Shown piece after piece: positions 63,426 through 64,000 of a stretch of 64,000 nucleotides of DNA. The notes under the pieces are model-generated. The model made no database searches, was not told the DNA's origin, and saw nothing but the letters and a program-made list of their open reading frames with translations. Source of the DNA: Pelomyxa schiedti. Lineage: Eukaryota > Protista > Evosea. Position 1 is the first letter of the stretch; each line of letters opens with the position of its first letter. The position numbers and the translations under genes are program-made. Location of the stretch: positions 322,961 through 386,960 of the forward strand of contig JAHLWZ010000790.1 in assembly GCA_020536535.1 (NCBI GenBank), in the 5' to 3' direction.

Positions 63426-64000
63426 CTTGACAATAAAATTTTGTTATTGTACGATTTCACCGCATTGACAAAGTTGAATGCATCATTACCTTCACAAAAA
63501 CAGATGCGAAAAAACATTCGTTTTTTTTCAAGCAGCTGTACCCAAGGATGAAGGATTTGATTGGAGCGTTACAACTGTTCTGTCACCTACCCAATGTCAC
63601 CTTGACCACTTTGACTGCTAACGGACCTTTGACGCTGGGAAAAGTTGTGCCCTCATCATCACCCATTTTTAGCTTAGGTGGGTACGCCTCCCTACGGCGT
63701 AGGACAAGTGCTGCACCAATGAACCTCCATCAGTTAGCCTAACTAACTGGTGGAAGTAGTGTTCTTCATTCAGTTCAATAAAAGCGTGTGAAAAGCAGAA
63801 ATTGAAATTTTTTTTTTGTGGAGATTTGTTAGTACGGAATGTTTAGAGACCAGCGTCATCTGGGCTAGTATCTGTTTATGGGTTGTGAGTGATTCCCGTA
63901 CTCAACATGGGTGTGCACACCTGGGACCGACTTGGCTACTGGCTGTGCCTCCGGTCAATCTCATGTAAACTTCATTGAATCTGCGGAGGAATACTCTGCC

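Noticed and set aside
63548-63742. 64-aa ORF after Furry
   Set aside because: Short, no motif and no supportable splice link; left uncalled.
1-64000. Stop-codon reassignment as the cause of ORF fragmentation
   Set aside because: The breaks examined are explained by short introns, and TAA, TAG and TGA all end conserved genes at expected positions.

Overview
A compact, very intron-dense eukaryotic genome segment with about 20 protein genes. Introns are mostly 40-60 nt, and intergenic gaps are often under 100 bp. An Entamoeba-type transmembrane-kinase cytoplasmic module, an organelle-type [2Fe-2S] ferredoxin and the general gene style point to an anaerobic archamoeba, probably Pelomyxa-like (inference). 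Genes were reconstructed by hand-splicing, so exon borders and some starts are approximate. In order: a partial low-complexity gene, RPL17, a 2-TM protein, UFL1, an Mdm35/TRIAP1-like protein, a YdjM-like hydrolase, a frameshifted GNAT, a ferredoxin, a large RS/Q-rich protein, a giant receptor kinase with 29 IPT/TIG repeats, an F-box-like+DUSP+UBL protein, a minimal ArfGAP, an S10 carboxypeptidase, a PAXBP1/GCFC2-like factor, a two-RRM protein, ERCC8, a DUF4062-NACHT-TPR protein, a six-hairpin glycosidase-like protein, RPP21, a GH3 xylosidase, a DDX18-like helicase and Furry. The best leads are (1) the 29-repeat receptor kinase built from symmetric phase-1 cassettes, (2) an Mdm35/TRIAP1-like protein that has lost its twin CX9C cysteines, (3) a catalytic-domain-less DUSP-UBL with an F-box-like motif, (4) very degenerate splice signals including weak GC donors, and (5) abrupt intron-free GC islands inside ORFs. 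No rRNA, tRNA, CRISPR array or mobile element was recognised.
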